29,116 nt of DNA from a bacterium. GTDB lineage: Bacteria > Zixibacteria > MSB-5A5 > GN15 > FEB-12. A program made the translations under genes and the position numbers. Under the pieces are notes generated by a model. It worked only from the letters and a program-made list of their open reading frames with translations, was not told the DNA's origin and ran no database searches. Position 1 is the stretch's first letter; the number at the start of each line of letters is the position of its first letter. Shown one piece after another: positions 8,878 to 18,647 of this stretch. The stretch spans positions 1 through 29,116 of the forward strand of contig JBDRNJ010000071.1 in the NCBI GenBank assembly GCA_043811375.1, given 5' to 3'.

Positions 8878-11800
8878 TTAACACGGTGGTGGTGGTGGGC
8901 CACCCTGGAATAAATACGATACCAGCCAGGTCAAGTCGCCCACGTCGATACCACCGCTGCCGTCGACATCGCCCTCTTCCATACATGGCGGCGCCGGACC
9001 ACCCTGGAAGAGATAGGCTACTAAGTAAGTAAGGTCACCGACGTCCACCCCCATAGTGTAATCGGCATCACCGCGAATGCCATCATGGTTGCAACACCCC
9101 ACCTGGACTGAATCTTCGTTGCTCATCTCCGAGACTATTTTGGATCCATCGATTGATGACACCCGGTAGTAGCGTTTCTCATCCGGGCTCACCGGACGAG
9201 TATCGTACCACTGAAAGCCGGTCAGTTCAGGATCGGCATCGATGGCAACGGTGTCAATCGCGGTATGGCCTGTATCGATGGACCCCGTATCAGAGAAGAT
9301 GTAGTATCCGCGAATCCTCTCAACACCGCCGGTAGTGTCCGTAGTTGGTATTGTCCAAGTCAATCTGGCTGTCGTATCAGCGCTCGAGACAACTGTCGCT
9401 GTCAAATCGTTGACTGGTACGGGTGGATATTCGTCAATGCAGTAAGCGAATGTCGCTCCACCGATGATTTCACTGGGATTGTCCTCGCGAACGAAGTGGG
9501 TACTTACGACAGCGGAGTCGTTATGTTGTGGGAACGGTGCCACAAGAGTAACTTCCAACTCGACACTGCTATCCGGTTCGAGCCAGAAAGGACCCTCATC
9601 TTCAAAAGAGACAGTCCACCCGGTCGGGAGTGCCGCCAATGTAGCCGAATCGAAAACTGGCATGAAATTGGCAGTATCGTCCGTAGGGTTATATCCGTTG
9701 ATTACTGAACGGAAAACAGAGGTATCGCTGAGCCACTGATCGTTGTTGGGAGCAGGTTTTGGTAGGTTCTGACCCGCCCGTTGGTACATCGCATTCATGT
9801 TGATTTGGGCTACATTGTTATCTGGCAGATTAACATCGTAGTGAGGTGGGTCGCCGAGGACATGTAGGACCGCCCCGACACAGTAATGCTTATACTTAGT
9901 ATGACCAGGATCGGCGTCGGGCGGTACCAACCATTTCATGCCTACGAGGGCTTTTCCCAAAGGTGGAATGGGAGGAAATATCGCTATATCAATAAAAGTG
10001 GCGGCACCCGGAAAGCGGAGGCCCATACTCGCCTCGACATAGAATCCGCTGACAGTAACATCGGTTATGGTGGCGTTGGTAAGGTTAGTTGCGACAAAAT
10101 ATAGTTTGTTCATTTGGCCAGGCAAGGGGGGGTCTTGTTTGTCGATTGGTCCATTAACGTAGTTGTTGATATAGATGTCAGGGCTTTCCCAGTGAACGGG
10201 ACAATCGGGGTCCGGCTCCGTACCTACATCTGCCACGCAGTCCCGTATCATGACGATCTCGGGACCGGTTGCAATAATCAGTCTAATGAGTCCATTCCAT
10301 GTCGTCAATCTGGGGCAAGTCCAAGATCCGATGGTGTTCGGTTCCACGAACACCATCGGATTTTCCAAACCCTTGGAATCATTGTCTTGATTATGATCAT
10401 GGAGCAGTCGCAAGTAGGCTTTGCCGAGGATATATCCACCTCCATTGACGCGTACCGCGTGTCCCCCTGCAGGGTATTCTCCAATCATCCACCAGAGTCC
10501 CAGTTCTATCGCTTCGCCATCCTCGAAGCGCTGGCGGACCCACTCGAAGTTGATGTATGATGGGTAGGGTTCCGTGTCGTCTTTTGCTATGGAGTTACCG
10601 CATGGGAAATTACCAGGCAGGCCTATGTGAACGGGATGGATTTGAAAATGATGATCCAAATTGTCCGTTAATTCCCCACTAATGTAATCGCACTTGCCGC
10701 CGATCCACTGTGAGAACTTCACTCCACTACCATCTCGGCGATCAATTACAGGCCGGTTCATGTATGTGTCGAGCTGACCGACCAGTGTGTTGTCACCTTT
10801 GAGCCCCATCAGGTGATCATGAGGAACGTTTATAACATCTGTGCCATAGCGATTTTCGAGATACTGGAGGTTGTTAGACACTGCGCAAGGAGCACACTGA
10901 CTATAAGCGCATTCGATATTCACGTCCCACTGTGTCTGGCGAAAGCCAGAGGTAGCTCCTTTTCCTTCAAATTCAACTCGTCCCGGCGGGTCAGGGACGG
11001 ATGTAAAGGGAATCGTATCGATACCTCCTACAGCGATTGTATCTGACTGCACCGGATAGAACACCCTCGGTCCGTCGCCGTGTGAAACTTTTGGCTCAGA
11101 AGTGAATGTAAAGTACATTGAGAGCAAATCAAGTGCCGTGCCGTTGGGGATACCCAGGTCGAAGTTAGTCGATGCTTCACCCCAATGATCGTTAGTATCG
11201 ACTATCAAATTCTGAATCACCCAGCCAGTGTCAGTATAGGCATTGAGATACCCAGCGCTCATACTAAGCGCCTCGGTGAAAGTCTCGATTGCCACACCGA
11301 TGCGACCCCAGGCGGTGTTGTGTGCCACTGAGTCATCCAGCGCCCAATCCATCTGGCTGATGGTTACCCCCGGAAAAGGTTCACCGCAGCACACCTCTGC
11401 CTCGATCATGAAGACAAAATCCACTCCATAGAGATCATACAGTGTGTACCATAGTCCACCGCCCTGGTAGTGAGTTACGGAACGTTCTTCACCCGCATAA
11501 GGTCCGGCTCCGGTGTCGGTCAAGGGATACAACGTATCCCCTTCACCACCGATAGTCTCAAAACAAATGTGGTATTCGTCTCCGGCACTGAATACCAGGT
11601 TGTAGCTTGAAAAGTCTGCCACAGCCCAGCCAAAACTCTCACTCGGCAAGGAACCGTATGGTATAGTGACTGACACCAGAATCGTGCCTGGAAGACCGAA
11701 ACCATCGTCGTCATAGACCGCCACATGCAGGTCCGGCGTTCCGGTCATGTAAGGGCGATACAACTTGATTCGCACCACATTCAAAGTACATGCCGAAACG

Positions 11801-12081
11801 GGGTCGTTGGTGAAATGCACACCAAACCAGTCACTGCTGTCTTGTGGCAGAGGCCAGGCGTAACCTGAGGAGACGGTGTCATCATAGTAGTAATAGGTGG
11901 AGCATGCTCCGTTGGCCGGCGAGTGCAGCTTCTCATCGGTGGGCAAATCAACTTTTCGCAGGTTATTCGAACCCTCAATAATACTGCCATCGTCCGCCAA
12001 AGAGGGCTGAGCGAGAATACAAATGGCCATCGCCACAAAAGCGACAGCCAAAACAGTTGTAAAACAATTGTTACCTTGCAT
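8878..12081 (-). CDS. Secreted multidomain protein with putative papain/C39-like cysteine peptidase, Ig/FN3-like domains and dockerin-like tag
   Basis: Signal peptide; 'QCAPCAVSNNLQYL', 'GGHAVRVNG' and 'LLHD' are consistent with a C-H-D triad; FN3-like 'PPVPVNDLTA...LTWT...YYRVSSID...SEMSNE'; dockerin tail; AAGGA RBS. Confidence 0.75.
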   Translation of the reverse strand: MQGNNCFTTVLAVAFVAMAICILAQPSLADDGSIIEGSNNLRKVDLPTDEKLHSPANGACSTYYYYDDTVSSGYAWPLPQDSSDWFGVHFTNDPVSACTLNVVRIKLYRPYMTGTPDLHVAVYDDDGFGLPGTILVSVTIPYGSLPSESFGWAVADFSSYNLVFSAGDEYHICFETIGGEGDTLYPLTDTGAGPYAGEERSVTHYQGGGLWYTLYDLYGVDFVFMIEAEVCCGEPFPGVTISQMDWALDDSVAHNTAWGRIGVAIETFTEALSMSAGYLNAYTDTGWVIQNLIVDTNDHWGEASTNFDLGIPNGTALDLLSMYFTFTSEPKVSHGDGPRVFYPVQSDTIAVGGIDTIPFTSVPDPPGRVEFEGKGATSGFRQTQWDVNIECAYSQCAPCAVSNNLQYLENRYGTDVINVPHDHLMGLKGDNTLVGQLDTYMNRPVIDRRDGSGVKFSQWIGGKCDYISGELTDNLDHHFQIHPVHIGLPGNFPCGNSIAKDDTEPYPSYINFEWVRQRFEDGEAIELGLWWMIGEYPAGGHAVRVNGGGYILGKAYLRLLHDHNQDNDSKGLENPMVFVEPNTIGSWTCPRLTTWNGLIRLIIATGPEIVMIRDCVADVGTEPDPDCPVHWESPDIYINNYVNGPIDKQDPPLPGQMNKLYFVATNLTNATITDVTVSGFYVEASMGLRFPGAATFIDIAIFPPIPPLGKALVGMKWLVPPDADPGHTKYKHYCVGAVLHVLGDPPHYDVNLPDNNVAQINMNAMYQRAGQNLPKPAPNNDQWLSDTSVFRSVINGYNPTDDTANFMPVFDSATLAALPTGWTVSFEDEGPFWLEPDSSVELEVTLVAPFPQHNDSAVVSTHFVREDNPSEIIGGATFAYCIDEYPPVPVNDLTATVVSSADTTARLTWTIPTTDTTGGVERIRGYYIFSDTGSIDTGHTAIDTVAIDADPELTGFQWYDTRPVSPDEKRYYRVSSIDGSKIVSEMSNEDSVQVGCCNHDGIRGDADYTMGVDVGDLTYLVAYLFQGGPAPPCMEEGDVDGSGGIDVGDLTWLVSYLFQGGPPPPPC

Positions 12082-12289
12082 TGTGTTCCTTCTCTCTTGT
12101 TAACATGAATTGCCCGCCGAAATCGACGTTTTCGGTATACGTTCCCGGAGCTACCAGCACTGTATCCCCGGCTCCACACGCATCAATCCCCGCCTGTAGC
12201 GTCGGCTGATCTGCTGGAACGTGGATTGTGGCGGCATTGAGACTGATAGTAGCGAGAATAAGGCAGCAGCCCAGTATCAATACTCTCAT
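12071..12289 (-). pseudogene. N-terminal fragment of a secreted right-handed beta-helix (pectin-lyase-like) protein
   Basis: GGAG RBS, signal peptide and 'ATIHVPADQPTLQAGIDACGAGDTVLVAPGTYTENVDFGG'. Similarity ends at about 12113 and the frame runs into the leader of the next gene. Confidence 0.8.
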
Positions 12290-12325
12290 GAAATCTCCCC
12301 ATTCATTTCATACTCCTACCACTGC

Positions 12326-12354
12326 AATATAACGAATATGGGCCGGGGAGTCAA
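12326..12354 (-). promoter_or_regulatory. sigma70-type promoter TTGACT-17-TATATT
   Basis: Near-consensus hexamers immediately beyond repeat copy D. Confidence 0.7.
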
Positions 12355-12371
12355 TGGAATTGGTGGTACAG

Positions 12372-12447
12372 CCCCCCCCTACCCCTGTCGACGGGACCCA
12401 AGTATAGATAATTAGGTTCCCATCAGTTTGAAATGCGGATGGTTTTT
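12372..12447. repeat. Junction element copy D
   Basis: C-tract, ACGGGACCCA (12391-12400), 12 nt, TAGGTTCCCAT (12413-12423), then TTTGAAATGCGGATGGTTTTT. No GAGGCTC terminator is attached. Confidence 0.9.
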
Positions 12448-12483
12448 GGGGTTGCCCTTAGCTTCTGCTTCTACCTAATGCCC

Positions 12484-13716
12484 CTATAGCACCGGCACAC
12501 AAGTGGGAACTGGGCCTCCTTGAAAGAGATATGCTACCAGATATGTCAGGTCGCCAACATCGATTGAACTGCTACCATCAACGTTGGCTGCATCCAACAG
12601 GGGAGGCGGGGGACCACTTTGGAACAGGTATGCCACAAGGTAAGTAAGATCGCCTACGTCTACGCCGTCCCCGCTACCGTCGATGTTGCCGCAAGTGAAA
12701 TAGACAATCACCGGCCTGGCGCTCAGTTCAGTTTGCTGGTCTCCGGCATCAACCGTTGCAAGAACTGTGTCCTCACCCTGCTCCAAGCCAGCGGTGAGAA
12801 CCACAGCGAAAGTGCCATCACCGTTGTCGATGACCGGTGAGAGTGTGCCGGGTCCCGTGTTCGACATGGAAACAGAAGCCCCATCCGTAGGTGGGGCACC
12901 CAGGTGGTTGAGCGGAGTAACCGTGACCACGGCTGTATCCGCACCGTCGCCGAGCAGCACTTCCGGTGTAACTGCAACCAGAGAGGAATCCGGATCGGCC
13001 CATTTTTCTGCCAGCCAGGCGTCGTACTGCCCGCGCAACACATCGATGGGATCAGTTGACCCGCTGGTGGTCGTGACCACTTCATACAGGTAAGGACTAC
13101 CGCCATCGCCGATCCGGACAACCTTGATAAACGCTGATATCGCTGACTTGCCGGATGGAAGACAGCGGGTGTCGGCACCGGGAACTTTGGCTGCTTCCAG
13201 GGCAGCCATCAGCTTGTCTTCCAGGGGGCCATTGGTCGTCAGATAGGCTGTTTCCATGCTGTCGACGATTTCCGACCCAAGCAGGATATTCCCCTGTATG
13301 GCGTAGGTCGGACCTATCCGGTGCCCTCTCCAGATATCGCAGCTCGCTCCCGTATGGGCAGCCGAGCTACCGGGACCCGCCAGCGTTACCACACCGTACT
13401 GACGATAATTGGGACGACTCGCATAGTCGTTCGCGACCAGCCAACCGATGATCGAATCCGGTGTCAGTCCCTGCAACAGCAGGTTGTGAGCGTTCACCTG
13501 ATTCTGGCTGAGCCAGTACGCCTGAGTGTGAACAGCCCCGACGCCCTCGATTATATCGTTGATGATTTCAGCGTTATCAATACAAGATGCTCCCGCTCCT
13601 CCGACGGCGCCAGTGACAGTGTCAACAGCTACAATAGAAAAAGTCCCCCAGGTCGCCTCCGGCAACAGAAGCAGCCACACGGCAGCAAATGCCGCCCACG
13701 TTAGTTTTCTTATCAT
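12484..13716 (-). CDS. DUF1028 (Ntn-hydrolase fold) domain, Big_1/invasin-like Ig domain and dockerin-like tag
   Basis: Signal peptide then 'TFSIVAVDTVTG', 'RQYGVV', 'YAIQGNIL', 'LMAALEA'. Ig domain 'ADTAVVTVT...VIDNGDGTF'; dockerin tail; AGGAG RBS. Confidence 0.85.
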   Translation of the reverse strand: MIRKLTWAAFAAVWLLLLPEATWGTFSIVAVDTVTGAVGGAGASCIDNAEIINDIIEGVGAVHTQAYWLSQNQVNAHNLLLQGLTPDSIIGWLVANDYASRPNYRQYGVVTLAGPGSSAAHTGASCDIWRGHRIGPTYAIQGNILLGSEIVDSMETAYLTTNGPLEDKLMAALEAAKVPGADTRCLPSGKSAISAFIKVVRIGDGGSPYLYEVVTTTSGSTDPIDVLRGQYDAWLAEKWADPDSSLVAVTPEVLLGDGADTAVVTVTPLNHLGAPPTDGASVSMSNTGPGTLSPVIDNGDGTFAVVLTAGLEQGEDTVLATVDAGDQQTELSARPVIVYFTCGNIDGSGDGVDVGDLTYLVAYLFQSGPPPPLLDAANVDGSSSIDVGDLTYLVAYLFQGGPVPTCVPVL

Positions 13717-13781
13717 ACTCTACTCCTGGCATGTATCTGCCCGATCAGCCGGAATGGCTGTATCGGAATTTGTTATTGTAT

Positions 13782-13810
13782 AATATAGCACATTTTCGTC
13801 TTTTTGACAA
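13782..13810 (-). promoter_or_regulatory. sigma70-type promoter TTGTCA-17-TATATT with extended -10 TG
   Basis: Hexamers and spacer seen directly upstream of the DUF1028 gene. Confidence 0.6.
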
Positions 13811-13863
13811 GCATCTTCGTCGTTTACCCCTTACCCTGGATTGTGGGGTAATCCGTGACACAT

Positions 13864-13956
13864 GCACAACTTCGACGAACCGCCACCGAAGAAGTGTGCT
13901 TCCAGGTCGGTGATGTCCACCATATCCGCCCGGCTGCTACCGCTAAGATCAACGTT
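13864..13956 (-). pseudogene. Degenerate orphan dockerin-tag remnant
   Basis: Translates as NVDLSGSSRADMVDITDL---EAHFFGGGSSKLC versus the intact NVDGSSSIDVGDLTYLVAYLFQGGPVPTC. Confidence 0.5.
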
Positions 13957-14004
13957 TTCAGTTATGACTTGGTTCATCTTCATGATGATCGACCGTACAC
14001 CACT

Positions 14005-14080
14005 CCCCCCCCCCACCCCTTTCGATGGGACCCATTTTACGAAGTCGGGTTCCCATCAGGTTGAAACGTCGATGGGTTTT
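14005..14080. repeat. Junction element copy E
   Basis: C10-ACCCCTTTCG-ATGGGACCCA (14025-14034), TTTTACGAAGT, CGGGTTCCCAT (14046-14056), then TTGAAACGTCGATGGGTTTT. Confidence 0.9.
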
Positions 14081-14089
14081 CGTTGGCCC

Positions 14090-14127
14090 AAAACAAGAAC
14101 GAGGCTCTCCGGATTGAAGAGCCTCGT
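14090..14127 (-). terminator. Conserved-loop intrinsic terminator
   Basis: ACGAGGCTC-tccggattgaa-GAGCCTCGT with a minus-strand TCTTGTTTTG tail. Confidence 0.75.
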
Positions 14128-14171
14128 CGTGTCAACATCTATCAGCAACTATCATGTTCGTAGGTTAACCG

Positions 14172-14747
14172 CTAACACGGAGGTGGTGCCGGTCCTCCTT
14201 GGAACAAGTACGCCACCAGGTACGTCAGGTCGCCGACGTCAATGCTGCCTGTGCCGTCGACATCACCTTCATCTTCGCATGGGGGTGGTGGACCACCCTG
14301 AAAGAGATAGGCAACAAGATACGTCAGATCGCCAACGTCAATTGCACCGGTGTTGTCAACGTCACCACGTTTGTCACAACAACCAAAACTCTGCCAGTAA
14401 CCTTGATTGATGCTGTAGCTGGCTGATGAGGCGCCACCAGTTGCTGTCTGCGCCAATGTGCTCATCAGGAGAAAGCTGGCCGAGGAAGCGTTGGTTCCGC
14501 CACCGGAGATAACCTGCCAATTGATTTGTTCACCGGACATTGGCGAGGTTGGTGACTGACTGACCGGCAAAGCTGGCTCTGTTGTCGTACTCGCCGTTGG
14601 TGTTGTCGTTGCTGTCAGCGCCTGCTTCTCACCCGTTACCGCTTTTGGCTGGGAAGACTTCGTCTTGTCACCAGCCAGGGCCAGGCTGACCGCAAGCACC
14701 AGACAAAGCAGCAGCGCCAGAATAACTGAACTATTCTGAATCTTCAT
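14172..14747 (-). CDS. Small secreted protein: Thr/Pro linker, 'INWQVISGGG...QGYW' domain and dockerin-like tag
   Basis: Signal peptide; overlaps the upstream gene by 17 nt; dockerin tail. Confidence 0.85.
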   Translation of the reverse strand: MKIQNSSVILALLLCLVLAVSLALAGDKTKSSQPKAVTGEKQALTATTTPTASTTTEPALPVSQSPTSPMSGEQINWQVISGGGTNASSASFLLMSTLAQTATGGASSASYSINQGYWQSFGCCDKRGDVDNTGAIDVGDLTYLVAYLFQGGPPPPCEDEGDVDGTGSIDVGDLTYLVAYLFQGGPAPPPC

Positions 14748-16242
14748 TTAGTGCTTCTCTCCCTTCGGCTCGTTTCAGGTCTTCTTTCATTTCTTCGTAG
14801 TTGACATGCTTCTCTATCGGTTGGCCGTGCACTTCCGGGTTCAGGTAGGTGCCGATCTCGGTCGACGGCTTGTCCACTTCAACCTGAATCCGATTGGTCT
14901 GAGCCCACTTATCGTTGCGGATACCGGTAACCAACCAACTAACTTTCATCCCCGGTTCTCCACCGGCGATACGAAAATGGTTGCCAGAGATTTCATCGGC
15001 CACGTAGACCGGTGCAAAGCTACCTATACAGGTCAATTGATACCGGAAGTCCATGTTGAGCGCGTCAAAGTAATCTGGCAGGGTCACGGTCGCGGTACCG
15101 TTCCCGTCCAGGGTGACATTGCCGTTGTAGATATTCATCATATCCGGTGACTCGACAAAGCTGTGCTGCAGGTATTTGTGCTCGGGATCGACCGGGTGAT
15201 CAATCTTAAACGACCCACCTGATTTGCTCAGGGTCCCGTTAACATGGACGTTGCCGTCGAAATAGCCGGCATATTTTATAGCGGAAGTACCATCAACGAC
15301 GCCGTAGATGGCGTAGACACTCGCGCCCGTGCCACCGTAGGCAGTTGCCCTTACTCCGTAGGAATTCCCACTGGTATTTGATAGGTCGCCGCTGAAAACC
15401 TGTACACCGTAGCGGTCGGAGCCGCCTGTCGGATTATTGTTTACATCTGCATACAGGCCGTATACGGTACCGGTGCCGCCACTGGTGTTCCCAATAAATG
15501 ATCTGACACCATACAGAGATCCGTTTCCCTGCAATAGACCATTGCCCACATACTGCTGAAGTCCACCAACGATTCCTCCATCTTGGTTGAGAACTTCGCT
15601 ATAGTGAGCATAACGTGGACTGGATGTGTTGTATACCCTCGCGGTCCGCAATAGGTAGGAGCTTGTTGGAGGATTATCGTTACCGATAATGATGCCGACA
15701 TTGTTTGCGCGGAAAGTGCTGTCACCGATCTGAACCGACGCCGGCGGGTCGAAGTAGTTGTTCAGTGTGAAGTGATTGTTCTGGCTCAGGGTTGCATAGT
15801 AAGCCGGTGGTTGGGAACCGAGTTTGTTGGCATCCTGCGCCAGTCCGGCCGTATCGGACCGCAGAGCGTGATATGCGTACGACGCCGACACCAGCTTGGT
15901 GCGGGGTATCATCTCCGGGTCGGAGTCGACCGTGATACCCAGTTCTCGGGTGGTGTCAGTAAACAAGTCGTGGGGCAGCACCGGTTGTGGGGGAACGCCC
16001 AGCAGGACCTCAAAGAGGCCGTTGTCGACTTGAACAGTCTGGAAAGCACTGTTCCATTTGTCGGTGCCGACCCCGTCATAGATGATGAATTTCATCAAGA
16101 CCGGACCGTTGTAAGGGGTACCGCTCGAATTGATCAGCCGCCCCTGATAGCTGATCGTCTGAGGTACTTCCGCGGTTGCCAGCGGGATCAGTAGCAGCAG
16201 AAATGAGATTAATGTTGCGATTAGCATTACCATACGAGTCAT
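14731..16242 (-). CDS. Secreted fibre-like surface protein ('VPQTISYQG' N-domain, Gly-rich beta repeats, chaperone-like coiled C-terminus)
   Basis: 'VPQTISYQGRL...NGLFEVLLG...PRTKLVSASYA'; YGVxG repeats; 'GGSFKIDHPVDPEHKYLQHSFVESP' C-terminal domain; AAGGAG RBS. Confidence 0.8.
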   Translation of the reverse strand: MTRMVMLIATLISFLLLLIPLATAEVPQTISYQGRLINSSGTPYNGPVLMKFIIYDGVGTDKWNSAFQTVQVDNGLFEVLLGVPPQPVLPHDLFTDTTRELGITVDSDPEMIPRTKLVSASYAYHALRSDTAGLAQDANKLGSQPPAYYATLSQNNHFTLNNYFDPPASVQIGDSTFRANNVGIIIGNDNPPTSSYLLRTARVYNTSSPRYAHYSEVLNQDGGIVGGLQQYVGNGLLQGNGSLYGVRSFIGNTSGGTGTVYGLYADVNNNPTGGSDRYGVQVFSGDLSNTSGNSYGVRATAYGGTGASVYAIYGVVDGTSAIKYAGYFDGNVHVNGTLSKSGGSFKIDHPVDPEHKYLQHSFVESPDMMNIYNGNVTLDGNGTATVTLPDYFDALNMDFRYQLTCIGSFAPVYVADEISGNHFRIAGGEPGMKVSWLVTGIRNDKWAQTNRIQVEVDKPSTEIGTYLNPEVHGQPIEKHVNYEEMKEDLKRAEGREALNEDSE

Positions 16243-16403
16243 GGTGTTACTCCTTCTGTTGGTTCTATATTATAGGTTATTCTGATTGTTGCCGTGTCTC
16301 CTTCCAATGCTGTCATCAACCTTTTTGCAATAAGGGGGCTTCTCTTATTGAAAAGTCTCTCACTAATCGCGATCAACCGCTATCGTATTAGCCGGTTAAT
16401 CTC

Positions 16404-18569
16404 CTAACATGGCGGTGGGGCACCTCCCTGGAAGAGATAAGCAACCAAATAGGTCAAATCGGCGACGTCGATACTCTTGTCATTGTTGGTGTCACCGGTT
16501 TCGATTATTACCGGAGGTAATCCACCTTGAAATAGGTAGCTGACCAGATATGTGAGGTCACCCACATTAATGTCACCACTATTGTCAGGATCGCCGCGTC
16601 GTCCCATGGCATACACGATAATCTCCGCATTGCCGGCGTATTCATCGGCATCGTTGTAGGCGTAGAAAATGACTCGGCCGGTGTCCTCACAACCGACAGC
16701 ATTATCGTGAGAGACTCCAACCCAGTACTCGGTGGGTGTTGGCACCCATCCAGAATCGCTGACTACGTATGACCATCCCTCGGGCAGGAATGACTGCTGA
16801 TACAGATACAGACTGTCTCCGTATTCGGTCCCGATTGTGAAGCTACGCCAGGTTTCCCCTGCGGTCCGCCTACCGGAGGGCAGTCCATTGACCGGAGGTC
16901 CGGAAGCAGCAGATGTCGGACACTCATGACACGGAGGGTGCGCGTTATCTGAGCAGCCTGGTAAGGTCCCCGGATGATCCCTAACAATATCGGGGCATGG
17001 TATACTGTTCGTACCAAAGGTAAAGGAGTATTCGTTACTGCAAGGGCACTTGTCTTCTTTGTCGCAGATACCGTCGCCGTCGCCATCGGGGTCACCAGTC
17101 TCACACTTATTTTCCTGCCCGGCGGTGACATTCAGTTGGCCGCCGGTACTGCCGTTGGAGCGGAAGACAATCGGCGGGCTGGTCGTCCGGGTGATTAGCC
17201 GTGGCCATACTTCAAACCTGAAGCAACCGTGGCGTTGTGTCTCAGGTGCAATGAACTCCTCACACAACCAGACCGAATCCTCCGGTCCGATAGCAATATC
17301 GTAATGGGCCGGATTAACCGTCCACGGATTGGCTATCCCAAATACGCCACTACCGGCAAAGACGGCACTATCCAGGACGGCATCGAGGCGCAACAAGTTG
17401 CGCACTAAGGCACAGACCTGGAAAGTATTGTTGGCGTAAATCAGATGCTGGGCAGGGACAGTGCTCAGGGAAACCGTGAAATAGTTGGACAGATACTCCC
17501 AGCATCCTAAGTCCATGTGAAGCGCAAGGAAATCCCAATCGGCATCATCAACATTGCCATCGGTATTGTAATCATTGCAGTCATCGCCCACAAAATCCGC
17601 CGGCATCACTTTCAGGCTGCCGTCGTGATCGAGCGACTTGATCGGCACCTGAGCAATCTCCCCGTGGGTTGACATTACCTTGACCAGGTCTGGGCTGCAA
17701 CCGCCGGCTCCAACTGATATGGAAATGAGGCCGTCGGCATCGCTGAGACCGGAGGGAAATACCAGCGGCCAGGTAGTTTCCGAAGCGCAGGGAGTGAGGC
17801 CGGAGACTTCCGAAAAGTCAAGCCAGGCGTTGACGGAACCCTCAATAGGAAGCCCAGTGTTGTCCTTCAGAATAACATTGAACAGGACGTTCCCGGCTGG
17901 CGACAGGATCAGCACCGGATCGGCGGTGGAAAATGTGGGGTCGCCGCCGCTGCAACCACCGACAACCATAGGGACAACCATCGTGTCGCTGAGAGAACCA
18001 TCCCAAGCAAGGAATGTCGCTGTATAGACTCCGAACTGTGATGCTCCAGGTGTCCACTGAAAAGCACCGCTACCGTTCCAATAGTCAACGAAACTGCCTC
18101 CCACCGGGAGGTCTTCCGCGGTTAGTGCCGGTGTGTAGCCGTTGGGGTCAATGGCCGTGACATCAAATGTCAGAACTTGACTCACTTCCCCGCACGGCGC
18201 TTCAATCGACTGAAACTCCGGAGGCAGGTCCTGAAAGATCGTATCCTGCATGGTGCCGGGATGGAATTCGCAGTGGTACGGAAACGGGCCGATACCGTCG
18301 ACAGCTACAAACACGACAGAGTAGCTTTGCCCGGGGGTGTCCATGGTGCCGGAATTCCAAGCCTTGAGTGAAGACGGGTCGGATGATGTTGTGTGGGTAC
18401 CATTAACGAGAGTCCAAGTGACGGTGTCTCCGGCCTGAACCCAGGTGCCGGACGGTGAATAATAGAAATCGCCCACGTCGATGTTATGAATGGTGGCTGT
18501 CGCTGATGTCCACGACATGGCTAACATCACGATAATCGATGTGGCGATGAGTGTGTTCACTCGTGTCAT
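16404..18569 (-). CDS. Secreted protein: cupredoxin (plastocyanin-like) domain, Ig-like domains, Cys-rich segment and dockerin-like tag
   Basis: 'GDTVTW....HTT' and 'YHCEFHPGTM' copper ligands (H, C, H, M); Ig 'FVDYWNGSGAFQWTP'; dockerin tail. Start MTRVNT at 18569. Confidence 0.85.
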   Translation of the reverse strand: MTRVNTLIATSIIVMLAMSWTSATATIHNIDVGDFYYSPSGTWVQAGDTVTWTLVNGTHTTSSDPSSLKAWNSGTMDTPGQSYSVVFVAVDGIGPFPYHCEFHPGTMQDTIFQDLPPEFQSIEAPCGEVSQVLTFDVTAIDPNGYTPALTAEDLPVGGSFVDYWNGSGAFQWTPGASQFGVYTATFLAWDGSLSDTMVVPMVVGGCSGGDPTFSTADPVLILSPAGNVLFNVILKDNTGLPIEGSVNAWLDFSEVSGLTPCASETTWPLVFPSGLSDADGLISISVGAGGCSPDLVKVMSTHGEIAQVPIKSLDHDGSLKVMPADFVGDDCNDYNTDGNVDDADWDFLALHMDLGCWEYLSNYFTVSLSTVPAQHLIYANNTFQVCALVRNLLRLDAVLDSAVFAGSGVFGIANPWTVNPAHYDIAIGPEDSVWLCEEFIAPETQRHGCFRFEVWPRLITRTTSPPIVFRSNGSTGGQLNVTAGQENKCETGDPDGDGDGICDKEDKCPCSNEYSFTFGTNSIPCPDIVRDHPGTLPGCSDNAHPPCHECPTSAASGPPVNGLPSGRRTAGETWRSFTIGTEYGDSLYLYQQSFLPEGWSYVVSDSGWVPTPTEYWVGVSHDNAVGCEDTGRVIFYAYNDADEYAGNAEIIVYAMGRRGDPDNSGDINVGDLTYLVSYLFQGGLPPVIIETGDTNNDKSIDVADLTYLVAYLFQGGAPPPC

Positions 18570-18647
18570 AGTGTTACTTCCTCTACTTCTCAAAGCATCA
18601 AAGGTGTTTGTCAGGTGCTACTCGTATAGTTCGTGCAAACATAACCT

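Noticed and set aside
1381..14127. CRISPR array
   Set aside because: Repeats are kilobases apart and divergent, and there are no cas genes.
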